A DNA stretch of 64,000 bases from the human T2T-CHM13v2.0 reference genome, Homo sapiens: the NCBI RefSeq assembly GCF_009914755.1, contig NC_060943.1; one strand, written 5' to 3'. The notes under the pieces were generated by a model. It saw only the letters and a program-made list of their open reading frames with translations, made no database searches and was not told the origin of the DNA. Position numbers and translations under genes: made by a program. Below, in pieces: positions 44,817-63,265 of this stretch (position 1 is its first letter; every line of letters begins with the position of its first letter).

Positions 44817-47800
44817 CCGCGCCCACAGCCGCCCTGAGGCTGTAGGCATGGCCCAGGTGAGCCGCCAGGCGGCCCCACCCCCGCCCAAGCCCCCCGTCTT
44901 GTCTGAAACCCCCTCCCGCGGCCCACTTCATGCTCCAAACCCTCCCCAGGTGGGGTGATGCTTCAAGAGGCTACAAGAAACCTCCGGGTTGGGTTGGCGG
45001 GGACAGAGCTGGATGTAGACACCCCCGATCCCCCTGTGGTTGGGGCTGGAGCAGAGGGTGGGAATGGGGTAGGGACTGAGGTGAGCCAGGGCCCAGTGAG
45101 GTCGGTTAGGGAATCCTTCCCGGAGAAGGCTTTGAGGGCTGAATAGAAGTTCACCTGAGAGGCCAGGTTTGCTCTGGGGGTGGGGGTGCGGTGGGGAGGG
45201 GGTTCTGTCCTGTCCTATGAGTCTGTTTTCCCTGCTGAAAACCCAACACCAGACGGAAATGCCAAGTGCCCACCCCAGACCCCAAACCCTAAGGTTGGAC
45301 CCCAACTCGGAACCAGGAGTGGAGCGTGGAAGGTGGGGACAGTGCTCAGGGCCCAGTCCAGTTGGCACTGACAGCTTCCAGTGTCCCCGCTCCATTTCCA
45401 CTAGTTCCCCTGGGACAAGCGGCCCCTCACTGGGTGTCATTCCTACCCAATGAGTTGATGGAAAAGTGGGATTCGTGCCCCACCCACCATCATGCAAGAA
45501 AAACAAGCAAAACGAAACCCAGACTGTAGTTTGCCATCAGGGCAAACCACTTTCTCAACATTTTTTTGTGGGGGGATGAACAGTAAACCTTGTGGGGCCA
45601 CTGTGGAAACTTAACCGTGGGTCTCAAACCTTGATGAGCCTCATCTGTAAAATGGGTTCAAGAAAGTCATCTCCCCAGAGACGGCGGAAACGGTCCACCT
45701 AGGGAACAGAGTGGGGCATCTTTTCGCAGCCGAGCCCAGAACCCATCACCTAAAGAGTTCTGGATGATTCGTTTTGATTTTTTTTTTTTTTAAATCACCA
45801 TCGCTGTCGTCATCAGAGTCTCGCCTAGGGCCTGGCACAGAGTAGACGCTCAGTTAGAAGCTGTCTGGCCTTTTCACCTTCTCCCGGGTCAGCACACACA
45901 GATTTGGGAGTATTTACCTGCACAGAACGCACCTTCAGGAACTGCCAACCAGAAGCAAAATCCAAAGCTGCTCTCTGCGATCCCTTCACTTTTAACTCTC
46001 AGTCTGCACTTTTTTTTTTTAACTGAGCATCTATTATGTGCTAGGCACTGTTCCAGTGCTCGGGGACGCAGCTGTGAATGAACAGAAACGGGGGATGGAG
46101 GACAGGGGAGAAACCCCCTTCACGGGCCTTAGATGGCAGGGGGTAGGGAAGGAGAGACAGAAAATAAACAGAAATATCTGTCCCCAGCTGCCAGAGGAGG
46201 AGGAAATGGGCTTGGTGATGGTGACATTAAGTTCTTTGAAAGCTGGGTTTGTTGGCCTCTGAACTCTGGCCTTTGTGGGATCTGTTCTTTTGGAAAAGAT
46301 GGGAGCCCCTGTGTTCCTAGATCCCAGCCTGGCCGGGTGGAGTAGGGTGGGGAGGTGGTGTCCACCTGTGTGGCCCCGTTCTCACTCCCTAACGCCCGTC
46401 CCTTCTCCCCCAGGTGAGGGGCCTTCCCATCCCAGGAGGGTTTTCTGCTTCCAACCGATCCAGGACTTACCCATAAATTCCAACCGTTCTTTGGACACCA
46501 GCCCTTTCCTCCCCTCTTCTCCCCTTGCCCTGCCCCTCTACTGGAGGCCACCTGGAGTGGCGAGGGGCCTTTGGGGTCTGTCCTGGGGCAGGGGCGGGGG
46601 TGGGGGAGGCTCCTGAATCGTGGGCAGAAGTGTTCACACGCCCCCCCTGCTTTGGGAAACGCTCTCGCTTCTTCCCCACAAAACTTGGTGACTTCCCCAA
46701 ACTAAATCACACCTTTTCCTATATATATATATATGCATATATATATAGATCTATAGACAGTATATATATATTTTGAGTACGGATCATGGGACCAAACTTT
46801 CCCGACTTCCTTCCATCCGAGTAGAGTGACCCTGGGCCGGTCACTCAGCGGGGGACACAGGAAGGGCTGAGGTTGGCGGGACCCCGCGCAACACATACCA
46901 GGTGCCCCACCCCCACCCCCACCACCTCCTGGCTGGCACATCCCACCAGGAACCCGCCAACACAACATACCTCCAGGACTTTTGGCACCCCCCACCACCA
47001 ATTCTCCAGGGCCGTTGGGCTCTGCCAGCTTCAGTGTCCCTGGTCCCAGCTGCAGCCTCCAGACCCCACCTCGCCCCTTCGTCCCAGAGCCCTGCCCTCC
47101 GGGATGGATATAGGTACAACAGAGACGCTCTGGCCTGCCTCAGCCCTTCTCTGCTCCCCTGCCCGAGTCATAGCCTTACTCATGTGACCAATAGCCCTTA
47201 GCTTTCCGTCGGAGGGGGGGGGCGGACAGGGTTGGGGGGAGCCCCCCTGCCCCTCACCACCCCCTCCCAAGGCCAGGCAGCCATTGTCCCTGCCTTCGAA
47301 TCACCAGCCTCGAATTTAAGGTCTTGTAACCAGGATTGCCAAGCGTAGCGGAAGACCCTACCCGGACCGGCCAAGCACCCCTTTAACTGGAGACGAACTT
47401 GATAATGACCTTCATACCTCTACAGAGATTTTTTTTTTTTTCCGGTCTTTCTGAGCAGGTACAAAGAAGAAAAGAGAAGAAAAAGATGGGGGGAAAAAAT
47501 CAAACCACAATGGATTTTTGTTTCCTAGTTGGGAGTGGGGTGGGGTGGGGTGTCTTTGTGAGGGTGCCTCTGTACAGCTGCCCAATCCGCGACACCCACG
47601 TCAAAGCACAGCATCAAGTTCGTTTGGACATCCGGCAAGGCCTCTTACCAAATGAGGCGCCAGATAACTTAATAAGCTCAAAAGAAAAAAACATTTAAAA
47701 AGAAAGAAAAAAAAAAAAAAAAAAAACCAAGCATTTCCTTTTCTTTCTACCAAAATGTGTTGACTGACCCGGAGGGGGGGCGGTAGGGTGGGGGAAACCA

Positions 47801-48128
47801 CACAGAAAAAAAAAAAAAAAAAAAAAAGAAAAGAAAAAAGAAAAAAAAATAGAAAAGAAAAAAAAAAATCTTCTGAACCAACTTGTTTCGATATTCCAGA
47901 GTTTGATAATTGTTTCGAGACTCTCCTCTAGCGTGCCTGTGTTCCGTGTGTCCCCGTGTGCAAGCGTGTGCCATGCCAATCTGCCTCGAGGGGGCCTCAC
48001 CCGTGTCCGCGGCGCCCGCCGAGGCCCCCGAGGGCCTGCTTGGGAGTGTGTGCCGGTGTGCAGTTGTACGTGTCTTTCTGGTCCATGTTTACTGGCTGTA
48101 AATACCATTTTTATACTCCACATCGCAG

Positions 48129-48447
48129 ACCTGCGTGATTTGTACAATGTACTTTATTTCTGCTACGAGTAATTTCATGAAGTTTCAACTTGCAAACTGA
48201 CTTTTGGGACAAACCAACACACACACAGAAGAGAAAGCAAAGAACTTGGAACTTTGGGTTGACTCGGTTTGAGTTTTGTGTCAAAGAAGATTTCCCGCGG
48301 CTGAAGAGGTTGGTGTTCCTGTTACGTGTTTCAGGTGAGAAGCAGCAAAGCGTCTTAATGTTCAAAACGCCTCTCTTTGGTCTGGAGAAAAAAAAAAAAA
48401 AAAAAAAACAACTAAAAATTTATTTAATAAAAGTTTTACTTGCTAAA
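48129..48447 (+). other. CELF5: Probable CELF5 non-coding terminal exon (short 3'-UTR form); longer forms may start at 46414 or 47459
   Basis: ttttatactccacatcgcag| acceptor; AATAAA at 48426; U/C-rich downstream element; unique sequence ends and Alus resume at about 48605. 3' end approximate. Confidence 0.7.
48426..48431 (+). terminator. Polyadenylation signal AATAAA
   Basis: Canonical hexamer at the end of a repeat-free UTR-like block, followed by a pyrimidine-rich tract. Confidence 0.8.
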
Positions 48448-49405
48448 GGGCTGACTCTTCTCTTTCTTTCCTCTCTCTGTCATCCACACAGACCAAGTGT
48501 ATCTGGCCCCATCCAGCACCTGGGCTGGAGAGAAATGCAGGTTTAGGGTGAGGGGTTGAAGGAGGGGATATTCAGAGAAACCAAATGTAGATATAGATAC
48601 CAGGGGCCAGGCGTGGTGGCTCAAACCTGTAATCCTAGCACTTTGGGAGGCCGAGGCAGGTGGATCGCCTGAGGTTGAGAGTTCGAGACCAGCCTGGCCA
48701 ACATGGTGAAACCCCACCTCTACTAAAAATACAAAAAAAAAAAATAACAAAAAAATTAGCCAGGCTTGGTGGCACACACCTGTAATCCCAGCTACTCGGG
48801 AGGCTGATGTATGAGAATCACTTGAACCCAGGAGTTAGAGTTTGCAGTGAGCTGACATCGCATCCCTGCACTCCAGCCTGGGTGACAGAGTGAGACTCTG
48901 TCTCAAAAAAAAAAAAAAAAAAAAAGTTACCAGCTCTAATGATCGGGTATCTGGGATCTGTCTGCTGAAGCCAGATGCATTTCTTGATCATATTACAGCT
49001 GTTTGTTTGTTTGTTTGTTTGAGATGGAGTCTTGCTCTGTCGCCCAGGCTGGAGTGCAGTGGCATGATCTCAGCTCACTGCAGCCTTAACCTCCTGGGCT
49101 CAAGCAATTCTCCTGTCTCAGCCTGAGTAGCTGGGACTACAGGCACATACCACCACAGCCGGCTAATTTTTATATTTTTTGTAGAGATGGAGTCTCACTA
49201 TGGTGCCCAAGCTGGTCTCGAACTTCTGGGCTCAAGTGATCTGGCCTCTGCCTCCCAAAGCACTGGAATTACAGATGTGAACCGCCGCCCACAGCCAGCA
49301 GTTGTTTAACTAAGATCGCTCTGGTCTCTGTCCTCATGGAGATAGTCCAGTGGGGCAGAGAGATACTATAGAATAAACTATACAATTTTGAAAAAATGCA
49401 GGTAA

Positions 49406-49756
<351 letters not shown>

Positions 49757-50087
49757 TAAAAGTGTGCACTTCAGTGGTTTGTAGTGCATTCACGGTGTGT
49801 TGCCACTACCACCTCTAATTCCAGAACAGCCTATCACCCCAAAAGACATCCTGTCCCCATCAGCCATCACTCCCTACCCCCTTCCCCACCCCCCAGCACC
49901 CACGCATCCCCTTCCTGTCTCTGTGGGTCCACCTGTCCTGGACATTTCATAGAAATGGGATCACACGGCTGGGTGTGGTACCTCACGCCTGTAACCTCAG
50001 CACTTTGGGAGGCTGAGGCGGGTGGATCACCTGAGGTCAGGAGTTCAAGACCAGCCTGACCAACATGGAGAAATCCCGCCTCTACTA

Positions 50088-50561
<474 letters not shown>

Positions 50562-50862
50562 TCACTGAGCACGAGGTCCTCACAGTTCATCCACGCTGTG
50601 GCCTGGGTCAGAGGCTCCTTCCTTTTCATGGCTAAGTAATATTCCAGTGTGTGGATGGACCATGCTGTCCTGATCCATCCTTCAGTAGATACCTGGGTTG
50701 CCTCCATGTCTTGGCTATTATGAGCCTGCTGCTCTGAGCTTCATGGACAGGTCCCTGCATGGATGTGTGTGTTTTTAGTTCTCCTGGGTAGACACTTAGG
50801 CGTGGAATTCCTGGGTCAAATGGTGGCTCCATGTTTGACCTTTGTGAGAAATTGCCAAATAA

Positions 50863-51097
50863 TTCTTCCTCCTCTTCTTCCTCCTCCTCTTCTTCTTCTT
50901 CTTCTTCTTCTTCTTCTTCTTCTTCTTCTTCTTCTTCTTCTTCTTCTTCTTTCTTCTTCTTCTTCTTCCTCTTCCTCTTCTTTTTCTTCTTCTTCTTCTT
51001 CTTCTTTCTCCTCCTCCTTCTCCTTCTCCTTCTCCTTCCCCTTCCCTTCCCCTTCTCCTTCTCCTTTTCTTCTTCTTTCTTCTTCCTCTTCTTTTTT
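50863..51097 (-). repeat. GAA-rich expanded Alu tail with a pure (GAA)21 core (CTT on + strand, 50889-50951)
   Basis: Direct count. Confidence 0.92.
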
Positions 51098-51132
51098 TTG
51101 AGATGGAGTCTTGCTCTGTCGCCCAGGCTTGA

Positions 51133-51482
<350 letters not shown>

Positions 51483-51484
51483 TA

Positions 51485-51516
<32 letters not shown>

Positions 51517-52007
51517 AGAGACAGGGTCTTGCTCTACTGCCCAGGCTGGAGTGCAGTGGCACAATCATAGCTCTCTGCAGTCTCGAACTCCTAGGGCTTA
51601 AGTGATCTCCCTGCCTCAGTCTCCCGAGTAGCTGGGACTACAGGCATGCGCCACCATCCTCCACAAAATTTTTTACATTTTTTTTGTAAAGACGGGGTCT
51701 TGCTGTGTTGCATGTTGAACCAGGCTGGGCACCGAAGCTCATGCGTGTAATCTCAGCCCTTTGGGAGGCTGAGGCGGGAGGATTGCCTGAACCCAGGAGT
51801 TTAAGACCATATGGGCAACAAAGAGAGACCCTGTCTCTACAAAAAAAAATCAAACAGACTGGGCGCAGTGGCTCACGCCTGTAATCCCGCAGTTTGGGAG
51901 GCTGAGGTGGGCAGATCATGAGGTAAGGAGTTTGAGACCAGCCTGGCCAACATGATGAAACCCTGTCTCTACTAAAAAAATACAAAAATTAGCTGGGCAT
52001 TGTGTCA

Positions 52008-52160
<153 letters not shown>

Positions 52161-52230
52161 TTAGCCAGGTGTGGTGGTGCATGCCTATGGTCCCAGCTTT
52201 TCAGAAGGTTGAGACATGAGGATCGCTTGA

Positions 52231-52563
<333 letters not shown>

Positions 52564-52695
52564 TAGTAGAGATGGGGTTTCACCATGTTGGCCAGGATGG
52601 TCTCCATCTCCTGACCTCGTGATCCACTCGCCTTGGCCTCCCAAAGTGCTGGGATTATGGGCGTGAGCCACCGCACCCGGCAGGGGTTTTTTTCT

Positions 52696-52740
<45 letters not shown>

Positions 52741-53542
52741 CAGAGTCTCGCTCTGTCACCCAGGCTAGAGTGCAGTGACACAATCTTGGCTCACTGCAAC
52801 CTCCAACTCCCTGCAACCTCTGCCTCCCGGGTTCAAGCAACCCTCCTGCCTCAGCCTCCTGAGTAGCTGGAATTACAGGCGCCTGCCACTGCACCCAGCT
52901 AATTTTTGTATTTTTAGTAGAGACGGGGTTTCATCATGTTGGCTAGGCTAGTCTCAAACTCCTGACCTCAGATGATCCATTGGCCTTGGTGTCTCAAAGT
53001 GCTGGGATTACAGGCATGAGCCACCACACTCAGCCTGGTTTAAGCATTTTATATGACTCAACTCATTTAACCCGCCCCAACTCCCTGAGGTATGTTCTGT
53101 TAATAGTATCCCCACTTTACAAGTTAATTAAAGCCCAGAAAGGTTAAGGGACCTGCCTGAGGCTGCACAGCAGTACTTGAACCCTGGCTCTCTGGCATTC
53201 TCTTAGCTGCTGTGTAGTGGCCCAAAATCAAATGTATTAGATTAGAATTCAGGTTATTGTTTGAAATAGGCCAATTTAAGCTTTTAAAATTTAACCCAAT
53301 GTTGTTAAACATTTAGAATGTGCACCCTTAAAAATACACCAATTCTGGGCACAGTGGCTCACGCCTGTAATCCCAGCACTTTGGGAGGCCAAGGCAGGCA
53401 GATCACTTGAGGTCAGGAGGTTCGAGACCAGTCTGGCCAAACATGGTGAAACCCCATCTCTATTAAAAATATAAAAATTAGCTGGGCACGGTGGCTCACA
53501 CCTGTAATCCCAGCACTTTGGGAGGCTGACACGGGTGGATCA

Positions 53543-54028
<486 letters not shown>

Positions 54029-55206
54029 CTAGCTATGCTATAAGTGCTCATCTGAGGCATAGGCTAAGTGACATGCAGGGTGCATTAGTTAGGTGTTGCT
54101 GCATAACAATTTACCCATCCCCCAGTCTGTCAGCTTAAAACATACATTATTATCTGACCTACACCATTTCTGTTGATCAGGAGTCCAGGACTGATTTAGC
54201 TGGGTGGTTCTGGCTCAGGGTCTCATGAGATTGCAAACTGTCAGCAGCCAAGTCTGTCACATCTGAAGGTTCGACTGGGGCTGGAGGAGCCACTCCTACT
54301 CTGGCTCCCTCATGTGGCTGTTGGTGGGAGGCCTCAGCTCTTTGCCACGTGTGAATCTCCATAGTGCTACTTGAGCATCCTTACAACATGGTGGCTGGTT
54401 TTTCCTGGAGTGTGATCCAAAAGAGAGAGACAGAGAGAGAGAGACTGCACTGACTTTTTGTTTGTTTGTTTTGAGACAGGGTCTCGCTCTGTTGCCCAGG
54501 CTGAAGTGCAGTGGCACCATCCTAGCTCAGTCCAGTCTTGAAATCCTGGGCTCAAGAGATCCCTCTGAGTAGCTGGGTCTACAAATGTGTGCGTCACCAT
54601 GCCCAGTTTATTATTTTACTTTTTGGAGTGGCGGGGTCTCACTCTATTGCCCAGGCTGGTCTCGAACTCCTGGGCTCAAGCAAGCCTCCCCGCTGGGCCT
54701 CCCAAAGTGCTGGGATTACAGGCGTGAGCCACTGTGCCCACTGCAAACATTTACTCTTCACAACTCTGGTAGCTTCCTTTTCCCCAGAGCATGCTACAGC
54801 CACACAGTAAAGCCTTACGTCTATTGAGCACCTGCTATGTGCAGCTTGTGATCAACTCTTTTTGTCCTCACCACAACCAACCAACAACGTAGGTTTCTAT
54901 TATAATTCTCACTTTGCCGATGAGAAAACGGAGGGGCAGGTTTGTGGAGAGGAAAACCCAAGGCCACACAGTTGGTATGTGGTGGAGCCAGGATTTGAAA
55001 CTGCGACCCGTTAACTCCTGCCTCGGTTCCCCTCCCTTCTCATTCACTGCAGGGATCACAGTTATAACCCCCTGCTTATGTATGCGCTGGCTTGTTTGAT
55101 GTCTGTCTACCCAACATAACCTGGCGGGTTTCATGACAGGATGGTATGAGTGCACAGTAAGTGTGTTTGGCTTTGTTTTAATGTTATGGGGTTTTTTTTT
55201 TTTTAA

Positions 55207-55335
<129 letters not shown>

Positions 55336-55379
55336 TGAAAATACAGGCATGGGTCACCATGCCCAGCTAATTTTTGTGT

Positions 55380-55411
<32 letters not shown>

Positions 55412-55467
55412 ATTTTTAGTAGAGATGGAGTTTCCCCATGTTGGCCAGATTGGTCTCGAACCCCTGA

Positions 55468-55862
<395 letters not shown>

Positions 55863-56109
55863 TAGCACATGATACCTGCTTACCATTAATAAATGCACTA
55901 AAAACACAATGGTTGAGTTTAGAACCAGACTGTCCCAGGTTTGAAACCGGTTTATAACATTGAATGGCTGTGTGTCCTTGAGCCAGCAGCTGAATCCTCT
56001 GGGGACCAGTTTTTCTCTCTCTCTCTGGAAAACGAGGCCAATCCAGCTCACAAAGCGTTAATATGTATAAAGTCCTTCCTGGCCCGGAGAAAGCACTGCA
56101 GAAGCTTTA

Positions 56110-56528
<419 letters not shown>

Positions 56529-56941
56529 TTATTGAGCTCGGAGGGAGACTGTGAGGGGACTCCCTGGCTTCTCTCCTGGGACGCAAAAGTTGCCCCGTGC
56601 AAACTTTCTAGCCTGCAAGGTCGGCCCCGCTCCTCCTCCCCTTTTCTCTCCAGTAACTGAATGTGGTTTGGCTGCCAGGCCTTTGCACGTGCGGTTTCCC
56701 TAGCCTGGAACACTCTGTTCCCACCCTGGAGGTCGGAGATGCTGGGTTGGGATGGAGACACCCGTGACCTGCTAGGCCCAGGGCATGGCGTTAGCAAAGG
56801 TGGGGGTAGAAGTAGGAATTACTGGCCGGGCGCGGTGGCTCACGCCTGTAATCCCAGCACTTCGGGAGGCCGAGGTGAGTGGATCACCTGAGGACGGGAG
56901 TTCGAGACTAGCCAGACCAACATGGAGAAACCCCGTCTCTA

Positions 56942-57136
<195 letters not shown>

Positions 57137-57307
57137 CTAGGCCCGAGTTAGAAAACAGAGAGCCCCTCAACTGTGGCCTCGAAACCACACAGAGGACTGA
57201 AGCAGGATGTGTGGGGGTAAAACTGAGGGCCAAATAGGAGCTGAGTCCCGACCAAGGGAGCTGGAGTTCCTCACCTCTGGGTCCTCAATATTTGCTGATT
57301 GACCTAA

Positions 57308-57799
<492 letters not shown>

Positions 57800-58119
57800 T
57801 GATCCAACCGCCTCGGCCTCCCAAAGTGCTGGGATTACAGGCGTGAGCCACCACGCCCGGCCTGGGCTCAGGTTATTATGCAAACATCCAGAACTGGGCA
57901 GATCAAGATGAATGATACCAATGATACTATCACATTATAGGCAAAATAGGACCTTCTCCCCGGTCAGAAAAGTGAACTCTCAGGCATCACTCCTACTGGA
58001 ATCCAGAGTCAATAAACATTTATGAAGCACCTACTGGGTACTAGGAGCTGTTGTAGAAAGGTACTGGGGAGAAGGCAGGGAACGAAATGTACAAAAATTC
58101 TGACCACGTCCATAGTCCC

Positions 58120-58340
58120 TGGCCCCGCCCCACTACTTGCCCCAACCCTCACAGGAACAGTTTCCAGCCCCGCCCCCAGCCCCGCCTCCTCTCCACCCCC
58201 TCACTTTTCTGAACCTACCAGAGCGAGGTGAAGGGTGAGAGTAATCTACATATTCATGAGGGATCAGCCAATCCACAGCCTGAACTCGGATTTGTCTTCA
58301 GAGCCTAGCTGATTGTGACGTCAAGAGTGATGCATTACGT
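58120..58340. promoter_or_regulatory. Promoter/enhancer-like motif cluster: GC boxes, CCAAT, full CRE
   Basis: GGCCCCGCCCC at about 58121, further GC boxes at about 58167-58187, CCAAT at 58268, TGACGTCA at 58316-58323. Confidence 0.6.
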
Positions 58341-58341
58341 A

Positions 58342-58979
<638 letters not shown>

Positions 58980-59021
58980 TCAAAGCCTCAAATGAACTCA
59001 GCCCTAATCTCTGACAGCTAA

Positions 59022-59407
<386 letters not shown>

Positions 59408-60455
59408 GGCAGTTCCATTCTTCCGGGTGCTGGAGCCGAATATCGACGCTATCCTGGATCTTTTGTTTCTTGCTCAACTCCAATCTATCAGCAGGTCCTG
59501 TCGCCCCTGCCCTCACTATTCCATCCTCAAACGCTCACTTCTTCCTGTTCCTCTGCCTGGGTCCAGCCCCATCTTTGCCCACCTGGACCTGGCGCAGTTG
59601 CCTCTGCCTTGGTCCTAGGCTCCACCCTCTGCCACACAGTCTGTCCTCCCTGCAGCAGCCACCAGAGGGGGGCTGTGAGCACCCGAGTTAGGGCCTGTCC
59701 CTCCTCTGCCTACAGCACTCCAAGGCTCCCACCTTCCTCTGGGTCAAAGCCTCCCTGTGACCTATAAGGCTGGCAAGACCTTCCCTGTGTTAGCCAGGAT
59801 GGTCTCGATCTCCTAACCTCGTGATCTGCATGCCTCAGCCTCCCAAAGTGCTGGGATTACAGGCGTGAGCCACCACGCCCAGCCAATTTTCTGCATTTTG
59901 AATATATGTCTGGGTATGTCTCTTAGAGGATATTTATTCTGTTTGGTGTTTTCTGAGCCTCATGGATCTGTGAAAATTATTGGCTATTCTCTGAAAACAA
60001 TCAGCTGCCCTAGTCTTCCTTCTCCTCTGGGATTCCAATTACACCTGTGTTAGATCACTTGCTCTTCACCTGCAGCTCTTGGATGCTCTTAACCTGTCTT
60101 TAACACCTCTCTAATTCTTGCTTTTCTTTTTTACAAACAGAGCAGGCTTCAGGCTTGATGTTTGGTTAGACTATGATAAGGTTGAGGAGGTTTTTGTTGC
60201 ATTTATCTTTGGACCTGCCCTCAATTCACGGCAGACTGTAGTGCGGGGGAGGCGTTATTCTTTTCTCTTTAAATATATCTAAGTCTTTTAAAACAAACAG
60301 TTTGATCCAAAGAAAAATCTTCACTAATACTTGGACACAGATAAAACGAGAAGGGTGGTCTGTGAGTGACAGCATTGAGAGGCTGCCCGAATCTGGCTTG
60401 TTGGTTTTTCAGCTAGGGAAACTGAGGCATGGAGTGGGTAAAGACTTGTAGACCA

Positions 60456-60879
<424 letters not shown>

Positions 60880-61019
60880 TCACTGGGCTGACCCTCTTGG
60901 GCCTCAGTTCTCAGAGTGGAAAATGTGGCTGGTCAATCGGGTGTCTCTGGTGGGGGCATAGGCTGTGCTACACAGTGGACGGTCCACAGCCCACCCCGTT
61001 GACTGTGCACGGCTGGGTG

Positions 61020-63215
61020 GCTTGTCTTTCCCATCTGTCTTTCTCACTGTCTCTCTCTCTCCCTAACTCTCTCCCTCTCTGTCTCATTATCTCTGTATCT
61101 CTGTCTTTCTCTATCACTGTTTCCCTCTAAATCTTGCTGTCTCTCCTTGTCTCTGTATCTTTGTCTCTGTCTCTCTCCCCTCTATCTCTCTCTTTCACTC
61201 TTTCTGCATGTCTTTGTGTGTCTCTGTCTTTCCCTGCCTCTCTGTTCATGTCTGTTTCTCTGCCTCTCATCTCTGTCTTTTTCCGTGATGTCTCTCTGTT
61301 TCTTTCTCTTCCTCCCTCTCTCTCCCTTTCTGTCTCTTCTCTCTCTCCCTCTCTCTCTCTTCCTCCCTCTCTCCCTTTCTCCCTCTCCCTCTTTCCTTCT
61401 TCCCCCTCCCTCCCTCCATCCCTCTCTCCCTCCCTCCATCTCTCTCTCTCCCTCCCTCCCTGTCTCCATGTCTCTTCCTCTCTCTCCATCTCTCATTCTC
61501 TCTCCCCTTCTCCCTCCCTCCTTTCATCTCTCTCTCCCCTTCCCTCCCTCCCTCTCTCTCCCCCTCCCTCTCTTTATCTCTCTCTCCCTCTCTCCATCTC
61601 CCTCTCTTTCTCTCTCCCTCCCTCCCTCCATCTCTCTCTACCTCTTTCCATCTCTCTCTCCATCTCTGTCTCATCTCTCTCCATCTCTCCATCTCTCCAT
61701 TTCTCCATCTATCTCTCCATCTCTCTATCTCCATCTCTCTCTTCATCTCTCTCTCCATCTCTCTATCTGCCTCTGCATCTCTCCATCTATCTCCGTCTCT
61801 CTCTTCTTCTCTCTCTCCATCTCTCCATCTCTCTCTCCATCTCTCCATCTCTCTATCTCCGTCTCTGTCTTCATCTCTCCATCTCTCTCCATCTCTGTCA
61901 ATCTCTCTCTCCATCTCTCTCCATCTCTCTCTCATTCTCTTTCCCCCTTCTCCCTCCCTCCTTTCATCTCTCTCTCCCCTTCCCTCCCTCCCTCTCTCTT
62001 CCCCTCCCTCCCTTTATCTCTCTCTCCCTCTCTCCATCTCTCTGTCTCTCATTCTGTCTCCCTCCCTCCCTCCATCTCTCCCTCCCTCCCTCCCTCCCTC
62101 CCTCTCTCCATCTCTCCTTCCCTCTCTCCCTCCCTCTCTCCATCTCTCTCTCCCTCTTTCCATCTCTCTTTCCATCTCTCTCTCTCCATTTCTCCATCTC
62201 TCTCTCCATCACTCTCTCTCCATTTCTCCATCTCTCTCTCCATCACTCTCTCATTCTCTCTCCCCCTTCTCCCTCCCTCCTTTCATCTCTCTCTCCCCTT
62301 CCCTCCCTCCCTCTCTCTCCCCCTCCCTCTCTTTATCTCTCTCTCCCTCTCTCCATCTCCCTCTCTTTCTCTCTCCCTCCCTCCCTCCATCTCTCTCTAC
62401 CTCTTTCCATCTCTCTCTCCATCTCTGTCTCATCTCTCTCCATCTCTCCATCTCTCCATTTCTCCATCTATCTCTCCATCTCTCTATCTCCATCTCTCTC
62501 TTCATCTCTCTCTCCATCTCTCTATCTGCCTCTGCATCTCTCCATCTATCTCCGTCTCTCTCTTCTTCTCTCTCTCCATCTCTCCATCTCTCTCTCCATC
62601 TCTCCATCTCTCTATCTCCGTCTCTGTCTTCATCTCTCCATCTCTCTCCATCTCTGTCAATCTCTCTCTCCATCTCTCTCCATCTCTCTCTCATTCTCTT
62701 TCCCCCTTCTCCCTCCCTCCTTTCATCTCTCTCTCCCCTTCCCTCCCTCCCTCTCTCTTCCCCTCCCTCCCTTTATCTCTCTCTCCCTCTCTCCATCTCT
62801 CTGTCTCTCATTCTGTCTCCCTCCCTCCCTCCATCTCTCCCTCCCTCCCTCCCTCCCTCCCTCTCTCCATCTCTCCTTCCCTCTCTCCCTCCCTCTCTCC
62901 ATCTCTCTCTCCCTCTTTCCATCTCTCTTTCCATCTCTCTCTCTCCATTTCTCCATCTCTCTCTCCATCACTCTCTCTCCATTTCTCCATCTCTCTCTCC
63001 ATCACTCTCTCATTCTCTCTCCCCCTTCTCCCTCCCTCCTTTCATCTCTCTCTCCCCTTCCCTCCCTCCCTCTCTCCCCCTTCCTCCCTTTATCTCTGTC
63101 TCTCCCTCTCTGTCATTCTCTCTCCCTCCCTCTCTCCATCTCTCTCTCTCCCTCTCTCCATCTCTCTCTCCATCTCTCCATCTCTCCCTCTATCTCCCTG
63201 TCTCCATCTCTCCAT

Positions 63216-63265
<50 letters not shown>
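61020..63265. repeat. About 2.2-kb CT-rich low-complexity tract containing a 759-bp tandem duplication
   Basis: Identical ORF pairs offset by exactly 759 (61964/62723; 62049/62808). Confidence 0.93.

Noticed and set aside
47700-48410. Long A tracts as retrocopy tails or real poly(A) ends
   Set aside because: Genomic A-rich UTR sequence with no preceding retroelement or TSD; likely to cause internal oligo-dT priming artefacts
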